64,000 nt of DNA from Lama glama (lineage: Eukaryota). The translations under genes and the position numbers were made by a program. The notes below the pieces were generated by a model. That model was given only the letters and a program-made list of their open reading frames with translations, did no database searches and had not been told where the DNA came from. Numbering within the stretch: the stretch's first letter is position 1; every line of letters begins with the position of its first letter. Shown piece by piece: positions 1 through 12,764 of this stretch. The DNA is taken from contig CM052818.1 of the NCBI GenBank assembly GCA_028534125.1, positions 17,858,001-17,922,000 of the forward strand, read 5' to 3'.

Positions 1-1334
1 TGTTTATCCTCTCATCTTAGTAAAGGCTATCAGGTATAATAAGGTTCATATTACCATTTATTTGATTTAATTAATTCAAAACTTATTGTAAAAAGAAAAG
101 CACCATTTCCATTATCAATCTTAGGATACAGGAAAAAAACTGATAAATGAGAAGTTGAGAAAATACTTTAAGTGTCAGCTACATCAACAAAACTATTTAT
201 TCTCTAGATTTAAATAATCTTGTCAATTGATGACATCCATAGTTTACTACATAGGATAAATGAAATGCTATTCATAATATATTATTTCTCCCAGGTTAAT
301 CACTGATGACATATTTGTAAATTATTATGTGTTATACCTCAGTAGGGAATTCAGCCCTCCTCCATTCTGATAAAACTAGTTAGCATAAGAAATTGAGAGC
401 CACTCAGTCTTACCTCTAAAGGTGTGGACGACCTTTCCTTAGCACTATGTAGTCAGCCTCTACATTATCTTAGGCTGAGAGAATGTGTATTTTGGAAACA
501 CTATCAGAAAAAGACTAAACCTGAATCTTCTTGGAGAGGAGTTCACAAAGTATTCTTAACTGTTATTATACAAGTGAAGTTCCAGAAGATTGATCAGATA
601 TTTCCCAGCTAAATCAACATTGTCTACTCTACAATGACAAAAAATGAAAAAGAAGAAAAAAAACACCAAAATTATATTTGTTGGAGATAATCTATAGGGA
701 ATGTCCAAAAGAAGATATTCCAAAGAAAAAAGATATTCCAAGCTATTCCTGGCTGTAGACTGCCAGGCCCAGAGTCATGATTGCATGAGGTAGACCACGG
801 AGGGAGGCTCCTGACCCCCAATACCAGGGTCACTGATTGTCATATGACCCTTTGTGTGGTTTGCTTTTGGCCTTTACTTTTAAAAAATGCTCCTATCATT
901 CAGTCATGTACTCCCCAAACCCTTAGGCTTGATAATCATCAGACAGCCTACCAATTCCTCAAATACTGGCAAAATTGAATAATACAAGTCCAAATTAAAA
1001 TGACAAAGCCACTGGTTATCCAAGGAAGATCTTAGCATGTATCTGTGTTTTAGTTACAGTACTTGATATCCGGAATCTTAACTGTTGTTGTGTGACTACC
1101 ATAAACTAGATAATTCAAAAATATGATCATTCAACAGTAAGAACAGGAAGGTCCAGCAATTATAGAAGCCAAGACAATTACTTTAATCCTTAATGTACAG
1201 TCATGAAACATCAGTAAAGACCTAGATTGATCTTGTCTGCTTAAAGTAATAGTCTATCCTCCAACTTAAGCTGCAGCGTAACCATAAGTGGGTAGGGAGT
1301 TGGCCTGGGACTGAAAAATACAATCAAAACTACA

Positions 1335-1760
1335 ACTTGCAACATGTATTTCTGGCTTGCAAAAAAGATCAACTGTATCAAGCCATAATGTGCAACAGAA
1401 GGTATCTGAGCTCAAGTTTCTTTAAAACCAGCTTTTCAGAACCAGTATATTACAGAAAGACCAGAGTGGCACTAACTCTCCATATTAGAGTCTCATGTTT
1501 CATATTTCAAAGTTTACAAGTTTTAAAGAGAAGGTAACTTTCAGAAATGTGCATAGTTTACAAATATTGACCAACCCCCACCCAATACTGTGCTTACTGG
1601 TTTCAACCTGAAACCAGCCTTGACTAATCCCCAGTCCCCTAATGCTGTAAGTACCCTGAATACTTCTTCCCTTTTAAGACCCCACTCAGACCCTGTAAAG
1701 GTGGTGGTCTCCCTTGTTTGGTAAATTTACTGAACTCAGCACTGTATGATCAAAACAAAG
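1335..1760 (+). mobile_element. ERV1-type solo LTR remnant (MER67/MER31-like)
   Basis: 3' part 'taagtaccctg...ttttaagaccccactcagaccctgtaaaggtggtggtctccctt...aactcagcactgtatgatcaaaaca' resembles the recalled MER67-group R/U5 region. The 5' boundary is uncertain. Confidence 0.5.
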
Positions 1761-2809
1761 AAATCCATTTTCTGAAGATTAGTTAAATGTATACCCTCAT
1801 TACAGCTTGATTGGTACTCTGATCTCCATGCTTAATTAAAGAGATGGGGCAGAAAGCCCAAATACATATATAAAATACATATATGTATATGTATATAGTT
1901 TAAATGCCTACTGTCACACAAATGAATTGTTACTAGTTTTGTTCGAAAAAATTCTCAGTCCCTGAACGTCCATAAAAATGCTACAGTTTAATCATTCATA
2001 GAAGTTTTCCAAGAACTTAAAGTAGTTAAGATGGTCCCAACTCTACTCAGGGGCTATCTTGATGCAGACAGTAAAGGGACTCTAGTGTTGGTGAGTCTTT
2101 TGAATGGACTAACCCCATTCTACCTCCAGAGCTGCGTTCATAAGAAACCCGTAGAGAGCTCTTTGAATTTTCACAGCACGTTACAGTCACTGCCAAGTTA
2201 ATTTGTGTGACGCCCCAGTGAGAGAAGTGAATCCTGCTACCCTTCTTTAACAAATGAGGAAAGTAAGACATAATGAAGGTCAAGTTTCATTTCTAACCCA
2301 CTGTACAAATTAAACTTTTTTTTTTGATCCCTCATCCCCAGCCATCTTAAGAGTAGACATAGACTCTGGCTCTTGTAATATTATTTGTTCCCAATTACTA
2401 GTGTCTAAACATAAAGAAGATGTTCATAATGTTTAGAACATCAATTAAGCAGTAGGAATAATCCCATTAATGAAATTTTAATATATTTTATCTGTATTAA
2501 TCTTTACAGATACCCTAGTTTGCTATTTCAGCATAAAATACCATGCAAGCAAACTGCTCAGTGCACATAATGGCTCCAGTATAGACGGAACAGTTCTTTA
2601 TCTAAGAAAACGAAAGTGCCCGCCATTAAGCCACCCCCAACAATTGCCAGTTAAACTTTATAAAAATACCAGTTTCAAATTAGAACTTCATCCAATGAAA
2701 ATCATTCCCCTCATTTCCCTTCTTCCATTCTTACCACAAGGCAGGAATCATAGAGCGTATCTATGGGCTGTCGTGGAGCTTGATTTTGCTCTGATAAACC
2801 AACATCAAA

Positions 2810-3027
2810 GCAAAGTATTTGAGGCGTTTTATACACATTATCTCGTTTACTGCTTACAACAATCCCGATCAAAGCAGGGCCGATATCATTCTCCTTATAT
2901 GCAAACAGGGACTCTAAGACACAAAATGCTTATGCTGCTTTCCTGAAACAAGCGTGTGATAGATGGTTGAGAACCCAAACCTTTAACTCTAATTCAGGTC
3001 GTGTCTCCAACACACTGCTGCATCTCC
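2810..3027 (-). mobile_element. MIR SINE remnant
   Basis: 'cacattatctcgtttactgcttacaacaatcc...tatcattctccttatatgcaaacaggg actctaagac' matches the reverse-complement MIR core. Confidence 0.65.
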
Positions 3028-3964
3028 TAGAGTATAGAGCACTCTTTTCGAAGTCCAATGGCCACAATTCTTAGTGAAACTTGTCTTAGTGAAAATAAGT
3101 CTGTAATCACTGTAATATGAGTAGAACACGTTAGTTTAAAAGCCAAACTTAAAAAAAAAACAACCTATTGCCACATGAAAAGAATGTCTTATAGGTAAAT
3201 GTCAAAATCAAAGGTTTAGGTCACTTAATACCCTTTCGATGTACGTAATACTACCGTCAGGGTCTCTTTCTAAAGGGGTAATTTTGGTGCTTAGGAATAT
3301 ACTTTTTCTTCTTGAGTCTGGGTTTCCAGAAAGGTGATACAATTCTCTTTAAAACATTCACATGATTTTAAATACTAAGATAAACTTCTGTGTTTGAGTT
3401 TTAGCAAAATGGTCATTCTTATTAAATATCTGAAGCAAGACATTACCAGTTTCTTTATTTCACTCCTTTAAAATACATTTTAGCTGTATCCTGTTATCAT
3501 AAAGTCTTAGTAATATTAGAGAATTTCATGATATCGCATTTCTAATGTAAGTCTGAACCAGCTATTCTTCATCAGATGGAATGATTTAGAGTAATGAATG
3601 AAGTCCCCTCTTCAAAGGTACTCATTTTGAGATATTTTTCATAACTAGGGTATAGAATGATTAAAAGCATGTCATTTAGTAACTTATATACTTGAGTTAT
3701 TAAACATGCCTTTTATCTGAAGTCTCCTGGAGTGTGTTCCACATATAAATATGGGGCTCTGGAATTAAGTTGAGGTACAAGAAAATAAAGTCTCAAAATT
3801 AAATATGTGACCAAAGTATTTTTTAAAAGTAAGACGGAAAAGAAAATATTCTAATAATGAGGAAAATAGTTGGCTTCTTACCTTAGCTAACAGTTTAGTA
3901 AATAAAAGCTCATAAGAACAGATTAGCAAAGAATGCATTGCCCATTGAAGGAAATTTCAGTGGT

Positions 3965-4112
3965 GATAATAATGACAAAAGTAGTTAAAGTTTACTGAAT
4001 ATGCTGATCATCGTGCTTAGAATTTTACATAAACTATCTCCCTTAATTCCAGCACAAACTCTGTAAAATAGATAGTATTATCGCGATCCATTTTATACGT
4101 GAGAAAATACAG
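3965..4112 (-). mobile_element. MIR SINE remnant, ending at the MLT1 LTR
   Basis: 'tatctcccttaattccagcacaaactctgtaaaatagatagtattatc...ccattttatacgtgagaaaatac' is the MIR core. Confidence 0.7.
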
Positions 4113-4118
4113 TGGAAT

Positions 4119-4559
4119 TGGCACTAGCTTACTAGGGCTGCCATAGCAAAGCACCACACCCTGGGCAGCTTAACTAGCAGAAATGTGTGGTTTCACAGTT
4201 CTGAGGCTAGGAGTTCAAACTTAGGGTGTCAGCTGGGCTGCTTCCTTTTGAGATCTGTCAGGGAAGGATCTGTTTCAAGTCTCTCTCCTTGGCTTGTAAA
4301 TGGCCACCTTCTCATTGTCAGTCTTTATGTGTATTTATGTGTATCTCTATGTCCAAATTTCTCCTTTTTAATAGGGACATAACTTACCTTGGATTAGGAT
4401 ATCAAGTATATCAGTTACTAAATGACCCTAATGATCTTATTTTAACCAGATTAACTCTCTATATAAAGATCTTATCTCCATACAAAGTCACATTGTAAGG
4501 TAGTGGGGATTACTACTTCAACATAAACATTTTGGGAGGACACAAGTCAACCCGTATCA
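4119..4559 (-). mobile_element. ERVL-MaLR solo LTR (MLT1B/C-like)
   Basis: Starts 'ctagggctgccatagcaaagcaccaca...gcttaactagcagaaat...cacagttctgaggctagg' and ends 'gggaggacacaagtcaacccgtatca', the typical antisense MLT1 termini. Confidence 0.9.
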
Positions 4560-4569
4560 GTTATTCCAC

Positions 4570-4670
4570 AGTTTGATTTAATAAACATTTTGAGCCTCTA
4601 CTATGTGCTACGAAGTGTATTCAGTATTTGGGAAATAAATAATAACGTGGTATCTGGTAGGAGATAGGGA
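4570..4670 (-). mobile_element. L2 3' end remnant
   Basis: 'tttaataaacattttgagcctctactatgtgcta' is the antisense L2 tail. Confidence 0.6.
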
Positions 4671-4997
4671 GGTATTATTTGAGCTCCTCTCTTTTCAGGA
4701 TGAGGTCAGGACTGGCTCTGTTGTCTGGACCCTGCCAAGGAGCCAGAATAGTGAGAAACTGTGGATGCAGGCTTAGAGCATAGAGTTCCCACTAGGAGAG
4801 ATGAGTGAGCTAAGCCAGAAACTACTGAAAACATGTGGTGCAATGCCTAAGAAGGCAAGAACCGAGGGAGAAGTGAGATCTTGTGATAGCAGGGAGATGA
4901 ATGGCAATCAGAGAAATCAACTTCCAGTCAAAAAGGACTGAGGGGGGTCACTGTAGATTGGCTTAGATTTTCATCAACTGGCAATAGTTATAACAGT

Positions 4998-5131
4998 TGG
5001 TGTGATGACATAATTTATTCTCCAAACAGGGCTGTGGTTTGGAGTGAAAGAGGTTGTTTTACATAAATGAATGATGACAACAGGCATAAACAGACACTAT
5101 CTTAGGTGACTGAAAAAGAATGGTCACCCTA
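4998..5131 (+). mobile_element. hAT-Blackjack non-autonomous element (MER94-like)
   Basis: 134 bp; 'ataatttattctccaaacaggg...ggagtgaaagagg...gacaacaggcataaac...atggtcacccta' follows the recalled MER94 consensus, including the 3' TIR ATGGTCACCCTA. Confidence 0.8.
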
Positions 5132-5434
5132 GACCACAGGGATGTAATGATAGGGTTAGCCCAGCTTAAAGGTCTGCATTGTTTTAGAAACAAGAAAATG
5201 CAGAGTATAATTCAACTTTATGAGCACAGTATATTCTACATATGTACAAAGAGAGCCTAGGAAAGAAGACGATGAGCAGTGGGTGCGATCATAGAAGAAT
5301 CAACAACTGAGTTGGGATTTCATTGATAAATTAGAATTCTAGCTATGAATGAAGAAAAGGAAAAAAATTCCAGAAAGGAAATAATCCATGGAGTATTATG
5401 GAGGCAGAAAATATTATAGTGAGTTGTAGGATTA

Positions 5435-5550
5435 ATTCTTTTATTTAACAGATATCATTTAAGTACCTATCATGTGAACAGCATGGATCAGTGATTAACA
5501 AGACAGTACTGGTACTGACATTCTACTGGGGGAAGATGGGCAATTTTGGA
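5435..5550 (-). mobile_element. L2 3' end remnant
   Basis: 'tttatttaacagatatcatttaagtacctatcatgtg...aacaagacag...gacattctactgggggaaga'. Confidence 0.65.
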
Positions 5551-6699
5551 AAAATAGTTCACTCTTAGTAATACTCAGAGGAAGATACTACCATCACCTT
5601 TATTGCTATCTTTTAAATATATACTACAGTCATCTTCTGTATCGTAAATACTTAGTAATATTAGACGGCATAGTGTTATGTCTATGTCTAAACCAGCTCT
5701 CCTCTCACCAGATAAAATGCTTCTGTAATTCTACGCATATGTATGTGGTATCTGGAAAATCAAGGGGAGTGGGTACACATAAAATGTAAGCAGATTAGGG
5801 TGGCACTTTTAATTTGGTGGTCAGCTTATCTGCCTAACTTTAGACTGTCTCCTCTCTCTCCACTGTTGCTGTGTTTTGATATTTTCATTACAATGACATG
5901 GATGTTTTAGGAAATCAAGAGATAGGAACAAATTGAATGATTTCAACTGCCACCTTTTCCATACAAACTACAAAAACAAATGAATACCTAAATAGAAGTC
6001 TTCTTAATCTCTTTTATATGTGCTTCCTAGAAGCTGGTTATTTCAGTTTTCCACGCAGTCCTAATTGGCAGAATTGGTGTTCCTCACTCAGGTTTGGTGG
6101 CAGATGAGAGATAATTTTTTTGATAGTAGAACACATTTTTTCTATAGGAAGATTCCAGGTGACTGTACTAGAAAATGGAAGGCATGCTTTGGTCTTTGAT
6201 TAAAATATTCTTGGGCAAAATTCATACACTCACAATGAACCAGAACCAAGCCAGTAGCCTAATCCAATGGCAAAAACCCTATTAGTTTACCTGGCATTAT
6301 TGCTTTCTTAGCTCTCCCTCCTTCCTGCCCTCTATTTTTCTTTTTTTCCTCTTAAATTTGTTTCTCTCTGTCTCCTTTTTAGTTTGGTAAATAGATTGAG
6401 CAGCTCAGCATATGACAACAGATCTAAGGAGGGGATTGACATACATTCTTCATTCTACCTTGAGACAAATGTAGTGATTTTTGATACTATTTGTACCTTT
6501 TATTCTGCTTTAAGTAAGGAAGGCCCAGTGATAATTGGAAGAAGGGCCGTAATGTATTAATATCCTTCTATTCCTTTAAGGAGGACAAGGGGTAGTGTGG
6601 CAGGACCTGAGCAGGTCAGGCTTGACCAGATTTTCTACCTGATCTCTGTAAGAGTAGAGCCAGTAGACTGATGCTGCTAATAGAGCTCTGAGGTAGGAC

Positions 6700-6990
6700 C
6701 TGACAGGACAGGGGCCTGAATAATCTGGCAAGACTCAGATCATGGTGGATCGTGAATGGGTAGTGGAAGAGTTTGGACTCTCTGTGAGATGGGAACAAGG
6801 AAAAGTTTAAGGTGGGGAGGAAATAATAACAAAATTCAACTTTAGAAAAGCTCCCTTTGGTAAGAGTGGGAAGAATACATTGGAGGGATAGTAGTCTATG
6901 TAAGAAAAATTACTCTAGATTAAGTAATGGGAAATCATGAGCTACACTTAGACAACAGTGGTAAGAAGGAAGAGAATATGGTAGAAATGA
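6700..6990 (-). mobile_element. L2 remnant
   Basis: Purine-rich 'agtttggactctctgtgagatgggaac...tttagaaaagctccctttgg...tggaggga' is typical of antisense L2. Confidence 0.6.
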
Positions 6991-7319
6991 CAATTATGCA
7001 TTCTTTCTGCTTTCTGCAACACCTTGCATAATGTCTGCTAATAATTGTCCTTGAATAAATGCAATAGGATGTCTAGGCTTTGGATAAAGATTCTGGGGGA
7101 GGGGCAGGTAGGGAAGAGTTTCAAATACGGCTCTCTTTAATCTCTTTATTCCAAATAAGATTTGGTTGTCAGCATGTTGTTCATGAATTTGTATGGGCAT
7201 TTCCCAGAAATACCATTTGCTTAAGTGTAGGTGAGCAGTTGTCTTTTTTGTTATTCCTTTCCCTCAATCATAGAAATAATTTGACAGCTCAAGCAGTGTT
7301 TATTAAGACCAAAAACCTA

Positions 7320-7499
7320 ATGCAACAAGTTTCTTCTGTATAGCACAGGGAACTATATTCAATATCTTTTAGTAACAACCTATAATGAAAAAGAATATGA
7401 AAATGAACATATGTATGTATATGTATGACTGAGACATGGCTGTACACCAGAAACTGACACAACATTGTAAACTGACTATACTTCACTTAAAAAAAGCCA
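7320..7499 (+). mobile_element. 5'-truncated L1, 3' UTR only (camelid/artiodactyl type), with TSD
   Basis: 'caacaagtttcttctgtatagcacagggaactatattcaatatc...ctgactatacttcac' plus A tail. TSD aagaccaaaaaccta (7305-7319) / aacaccaaaaaccta (7500-7514). Confidence 0.92.
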
Positions 7500-9474
7500 A
7501 ACACCAAAAACCTAGAATGAGATTATATAGTTGGTTTTTTTTTTTTTTTTGGCTCATCCCGAATCATAGATGTGACCTGGTAAAATGAAACCATCTGTGC
7601 CTGATCTGAAACAGATGCTCTTAAAGACTGTGTCTTAGTTCTATCAAGTACATCCTAAGTTTTGGTTTCTTCTGGAACCAAGCAAATAGATTGTGCCTTG
7701 TCCCGAGCAGTGTGCTTCTTTATTTCTTTCTTTTCCTTTTATTTTAAAATCCTGTATTGATCGAATAGGAAGTACAGCTTTAATTTTGTTATCGACTACC
7801 TCAACAGACTTTCCTGCTTCTGTAGTTCCTGTTTCGCTGCAAAGGAAAGCTTCATTCAATACTGTCTCTACCATCACAGCAATGATAATGTGACCACTGT
7901 ACACTGCTTTATGTTTTCATTATTTTCTCTGCACATAAATAAGGAGTCAAGAGTTTTTAATACTTCATGGACAATATTCTGTAAATTATAGTAATATACT
8001 GTACTTCTTTGACCTTTTCAATATTGTGTGATTTGGTTGGCTGGCCTCTCTATTTATAGCCCTGCTGAGTAGAGAGGAAGGAATGAATATCCTGCCGCTA
8101 ATGAAAACATCATATATTGAAAGAGTCAAATGATGATACTGTCTTGGTCCAGATGACTGTATTTCACAAGATATACAGCATTAGGCATTGTAGTTCTGAT
8201 AAATCATTCTCCTGACAAAAGGTATAATGAGATTAGAAAATTGCCAAAAATTAATTCATTTCCTGGCAGGGTTTGTACCCAGGCTAAGAAGAGTGTGAAT
8301 TTTTAACAGAATCTCATTAGAATCCAAAGTTTAAAGTCACATTCCTTTTATTTCTCTACTGATACTTAAGATGACATGTTCGGTACTTAACATTAGTAAG
8401 ACTGGTTAAGAATGATGATGGAGAAGTTTCTTTTATAGCCTTAGAAAACATTGATCAAATTGCATTTTCTCTTTCATTTGGAATTTTTGGCTTAGTTTTG
8501 CTTTTGGGGAAGAAGGAGTATATTCTTCAGGGTTCATACTAAGTGGTTTTAATGATAAGAGATAAATTAATGGAAAATATTATGAGAATTATTCATATTA
8601 TTGCTTTTTTGGCTCCATGAATATGATGACTTGTGCTATGTTGCCTGTTGGAAGAATATTTGAGGCATTTCTACCTCTCAGGGCTGTTCATTAAACAAAT
8701 CAGTGTTTTTGTTATTCAGTGTCTTTCAGACTCTGCCTTTACCTTGCAGGAAAGGGAAAAAATATAGAAGCCAATTTTATCACAGCAGACATGTCTCTTC
8801 TATGGGAATTTGTGCAGCTACTTTGGCATTATTTAAAAGTAACTTTTGCCCTGAGAACATGTGGAAGAGAGGATGAGCTCTCCTCCAGTCTTTGTTAGTT
8901 TGTCCTGAAATATTCATGCATGTATGAGCAATCCTAATTAATACAATGACCTGGCTCTTTCGGAGACATCTGAACTCTGCCCCAAGACATCAGTGCATCA
9001 TATGTAGCCCAAGGTTTGAGAAACATGGCCCTGCACACCTCACTCTGTTCTCAGTAACATTTTAAAAGATCTATTTTATGCACTGTAAAAGTGGAGAGCT
9101 TTCATTTCAAGGAGACTCCCCTTTTGAAAAGTGGTAGACGTCTGCTCTGCTGTTCAAGTTCATTTTCAGTAAGTGTCTTGGATTTACTCATTTGAAAAGC
9201 TTATGGGAAGTCATTATGTGTTAAAGGATTTTAGATGGGTTAGGTATGATTTATAACATAAGGTGGAATTAGGTTTAGTTTGATTAAACAGCACATCTGT
9301 TGGGGTGGTAGTGGAAAGATTTATGAAGTAAAATCAAGTCAAAGAGAAAAAAGAATGAAATAGCTGTGTGTAGCATGAAAGAGGACAAATGGAACCTGTG
9401 TGACTGGGGATACTTAATCATATCTGCGATTGTATCCGCCTGCATTCCTAATATATTCTTGGGTAGTTCCCAAA

Positions 9475-9675
9475 TCTTGTCTCCTTTCATCATCACAATG
9501 ATTCTCCAAGATAATCCTGCTCTTCCATTTATAGCAGAGAAAACTGAGGTTCTGAGAAGGCAAATGACTTGCTCAAGGACAAGTGGCTAGGCTGAGACAG
9601 AGCCGTGACTCAAACCCTAATTACTGCTGTTTTTTCCTTCCTGTCCCTGAAGTCCATGCTCTTTCGGTTCCTCCG
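9475..9675 (-). mobile_element. MIR SINE
   Basis: 'ccatttatagcagagaaaactgaggttctgagaaggcaaatgacttgctcaaggac...gactcaaaccc' is the MIR core. Confidence 0.85.
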
Positions 9676-10674
9676 TAGCGTTCTGAAAGCTATTAGTCCA
9701 TTTCACTCAGACTGATCACACATGGCACTGTCTTGGGTCTCCCCTGAAATGTTGAAGACATTTCAATCTACCCCAGTACAGAGGAACCAGTAAGAATTCC
9801 TGCTCAAAACATCATCAGCCCACAACCTGATGACAAACTTAGAGGGTAATAAATCGGTCAGCACCTAGCTCTTCAGTACCTGATATCCAGGTGTATCGTC
9901 CTTTGAGCAGTCATCACAAGTAGACATACATCCAACAGATCCTTGCTGATGTTTATAGGCATTATTTATCCTTTGCCTTGCTCCAGAAAGGATTTCACCT
10001 GGCATCTCCATTGAAATGCTGTCCGATGAGGATTTATTTAATTATCCCTCTTAGAAATACTAATACTTTCATTTGCACACAAAAGAATTTTGATCTTTAC
10101 TAGTTACCTGATTAAAATAATACCACAGTATACACTTGCAAAAACTGTGAGAAAGAAGAGACTGATACTTTTAGTCAACAAAGGACTCTTGAGAATACAT
10201 AGGCAGCTAATTATCTTGTGCATCCTTAAAACTAATTTTGCGTAACTAACAATTATAGTGAATTTTCACTTATCCTAAAGTGCAGGCCCCATCTTAAAAG
10301 GACAACTGGACTAATCCAGATTAGCTGATCCTTTTGTCTCTGTTGGCAACCTGGTATTCCATTGTTGGATATGAAAGAAGCTCACAACCCCTCTAAGAGA
10401 ATTTCCAACTATGGAAATGATATCCAAGGAAGATGCTCGTTCCCAGAAAGGTTGTGCCAAATCAGCTTTGGATATCCAAGTTAAAAATAGTTCGTAAAGG
10501 AAAACATTTCGTAATTAGGCTATTTACTTCAAGTATGCAGCTTCTAAAATTGAGAGAGAAATTAAACATGATTATGCTTTGTTTATTTAATTTCTCTAAA
10601 GTCATTGATTCCTACACACACCCAAGAGATTAGTCACATGTTTTGGTTTTTTAGGAAGTTCATACAATTAAATA

Positions 10675-10774
10675 NNNNNNNNNNNNNNNNNNNNNNNNNN
10701 NNNNNNNNNNNNNNNNNNNNNNNNNNNNNNNNNNNNNNNNNNNNNNNNNNNNNNNNNNNNNNNNNNNNNNNNNN
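10675..10774. other. Assembly gap (100 N)
   Basis: Run of exactly 100 N. Confidence 1.
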
Positions 10775-11512
10775 TGTTGATGCTACTTTAATTCTACACA
10801 AGGAAAGTGGCTGAGAAGGATACATGTTTTGTGTCCTCAAGTATGAGTTTGGAGAGAAAAAAGTGACAAGACTGAGAGAATACTTGTTCTAAAGGCAGAG
10901 TCCTGGGAGGCTGGGCAGATTTTTGAAATGTTATTACATCCACTGTGTATCATACTTGGCTAAAGCATTGAAGAAAATCTGCCGGATATGAGTTCCCATA
11001 ATTTCTGCTGGGTGCTTCTATTGGAGGGCATTCATCAGCTGGAAGCCCCAAATACTGAATTATTCAGTAGATCCTCGAGCAGCTCTTACTTCAATAGGGA
11101 GCATATATAGAACATTCTAAATTCCTTTATCTGTCACTGGGCTTCTTGATCATGGGCTCTGTTTAAAGAAAGCAGCCCTATCCTTTGACTTCTGCTAGAA
11201 CTAGGTGAAGAGATGACAGAGTAAGGGTTTCTTGTTTTGTTTTGTTTTAACTGATTTGGCACCCTTCGTGGTGCCCGCTAGCAGTGTTGGAGCTAAGTGT
11301 CTGTCAGCAGTTTTATAGTAACCGACTCCTGTCAGGATCTGTAACTGCACTACTAAAATAATGTCTCTAGGCTGAAATTTGACATGCAAAATCTCAGTCT
11401 GAAGGGAGAGAGGAAGAGAGGAAAAAAATGTATTCCAGAGTTTTAAAAATGAACTCTATGTGCTGGACAATTCCAGCCACACACTTCTCCAAGCCACTCA
11501 GGATAACTTTAT

Positions 11513-12171
11513 TTTTTTTTAATTACTAGTATGTTATTATGCATGTATATTATGTATATATATATTTACTGAAGTATAGTCAGTTTACAGTGTTGGGTCA
11601 ATTCCTGGTGTACAGCATAATGCTTCAGTCATGCATGAACATACATACATTCATTTTCATATTCTTTTTCACTATAAGTTATTACAAGATATTGAATATA
11701 GTTTCCAGTGCTATACAGTATGAACTTCCTATTTATCTATTTTATACATATTAGTATCTGCAAATCTCAAACTCCCAATTTTTCCCTTCCCAACCCCTTC
11801 CCCTACTTGGTAACCACGTTTGTTTTCTATGAGTGTGAGTCTGTTTCTGTTTTGTAAATAAGTTTGTTCTTTCTTTTAGATTCCACATATAAATGATATC
11901 ATATGGCATTTTTCTTTCTCTTCTGGCTTCACTTAGAATGATAATCTCCAGGTCTATCCATATTGCTGCAAATGGCATTATTTTATTCTTTTTTATGACT
12001 GAGTAGTGTTCCATTTTATAAATATACCACAGCTTCTTTATCCAGTCATCTGTTGATGGACATTTAAGTTGTTTCCATATCTTGGCTATTGTAAACGGTG
12101 CTGCTATGAATGTTGGGGTACATGTATTTTTTTGAATTAAGGTTCCCTCTGGACATACGCCCAGGAGTAGG
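11513..12171 (-). mobile_element. L1 3' segment (ORF2 C-terminus + 3' UTR + poly-A) of a 5'-inverted insertion
   Basis: T-run at 11512-11520, antisense 3' UTR, and ORF track 11751..12191(-) with L1 ORF2 C-terminal motifs (CTPTFIAAPFTIAKIWKQLKCPS, WIDLEIIILSE). Confidence 0.95.
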
Positions 12172-12764
12172 GAGCCCAGAAATAAACCCACAAACTTTTG
12201 GTCAATTAATCTTTGAAAAAAGAGGCAAGAATATACAATGGAGTAAAGACAGTCTCTTCAGCAAATGGTGTTGGGAAAACTGGGCCGCTGCATATAAATC
12301 AGTGATGTTAGAACACTCCCTCACACCATAAACAGAAATAGACTAAACATGGCTTAAAGACTTAAACATACGACAAAACACTATAAACCTCTTAGAAGAA
12401 AACATAGGCAAAATATTATCTGACGTGAATCTCAGCAGTGTTCTCCTAGGGCAATCTACTCAAGCAGTAGAAATAAAAGCAAAAATAAATGGGACCAAAT
12501 TAAACTGATAAGCTTTTTCACAGCAAAGGAAAACATAAGCAAAACAGAAAGACAACCTAGGGAATGAGAGAAAATATTTTCAAAAGATGAGACTGACAAG
12601 GGCTTAATTTACAGAATATATAAACAGCTCATACAACTTAATAAGAAAAAAGCAAACAACCCAATCCAAAAATGGGCAGAAGACCTGAACAAGCAATTCT
12701 CCAATGAAGACATACAAATGGCCAATAGGGACATGAAAAAATGCTCAATATTGCTAATTATCGG
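12172..12764 (+). mobile_element. L1 ORF2 internal segment, inverted arm of the same insertion
   Basis: Translates to SPEINPQTFGQLIFEKRGKNIQWSKDSLFSKWCWENW... Shared TSD aggataactttat at 11500-11512 and 12765-12777. Confidence 0.95.

Noticed and set aside
10560..10990. Possible ancient CR1/L3 RT fragments (LFNFSKVID resembling YLDFSKAFD)
   Set aside because: Similarity is too short and split by a gap; it cannot be supported without an HMM search.
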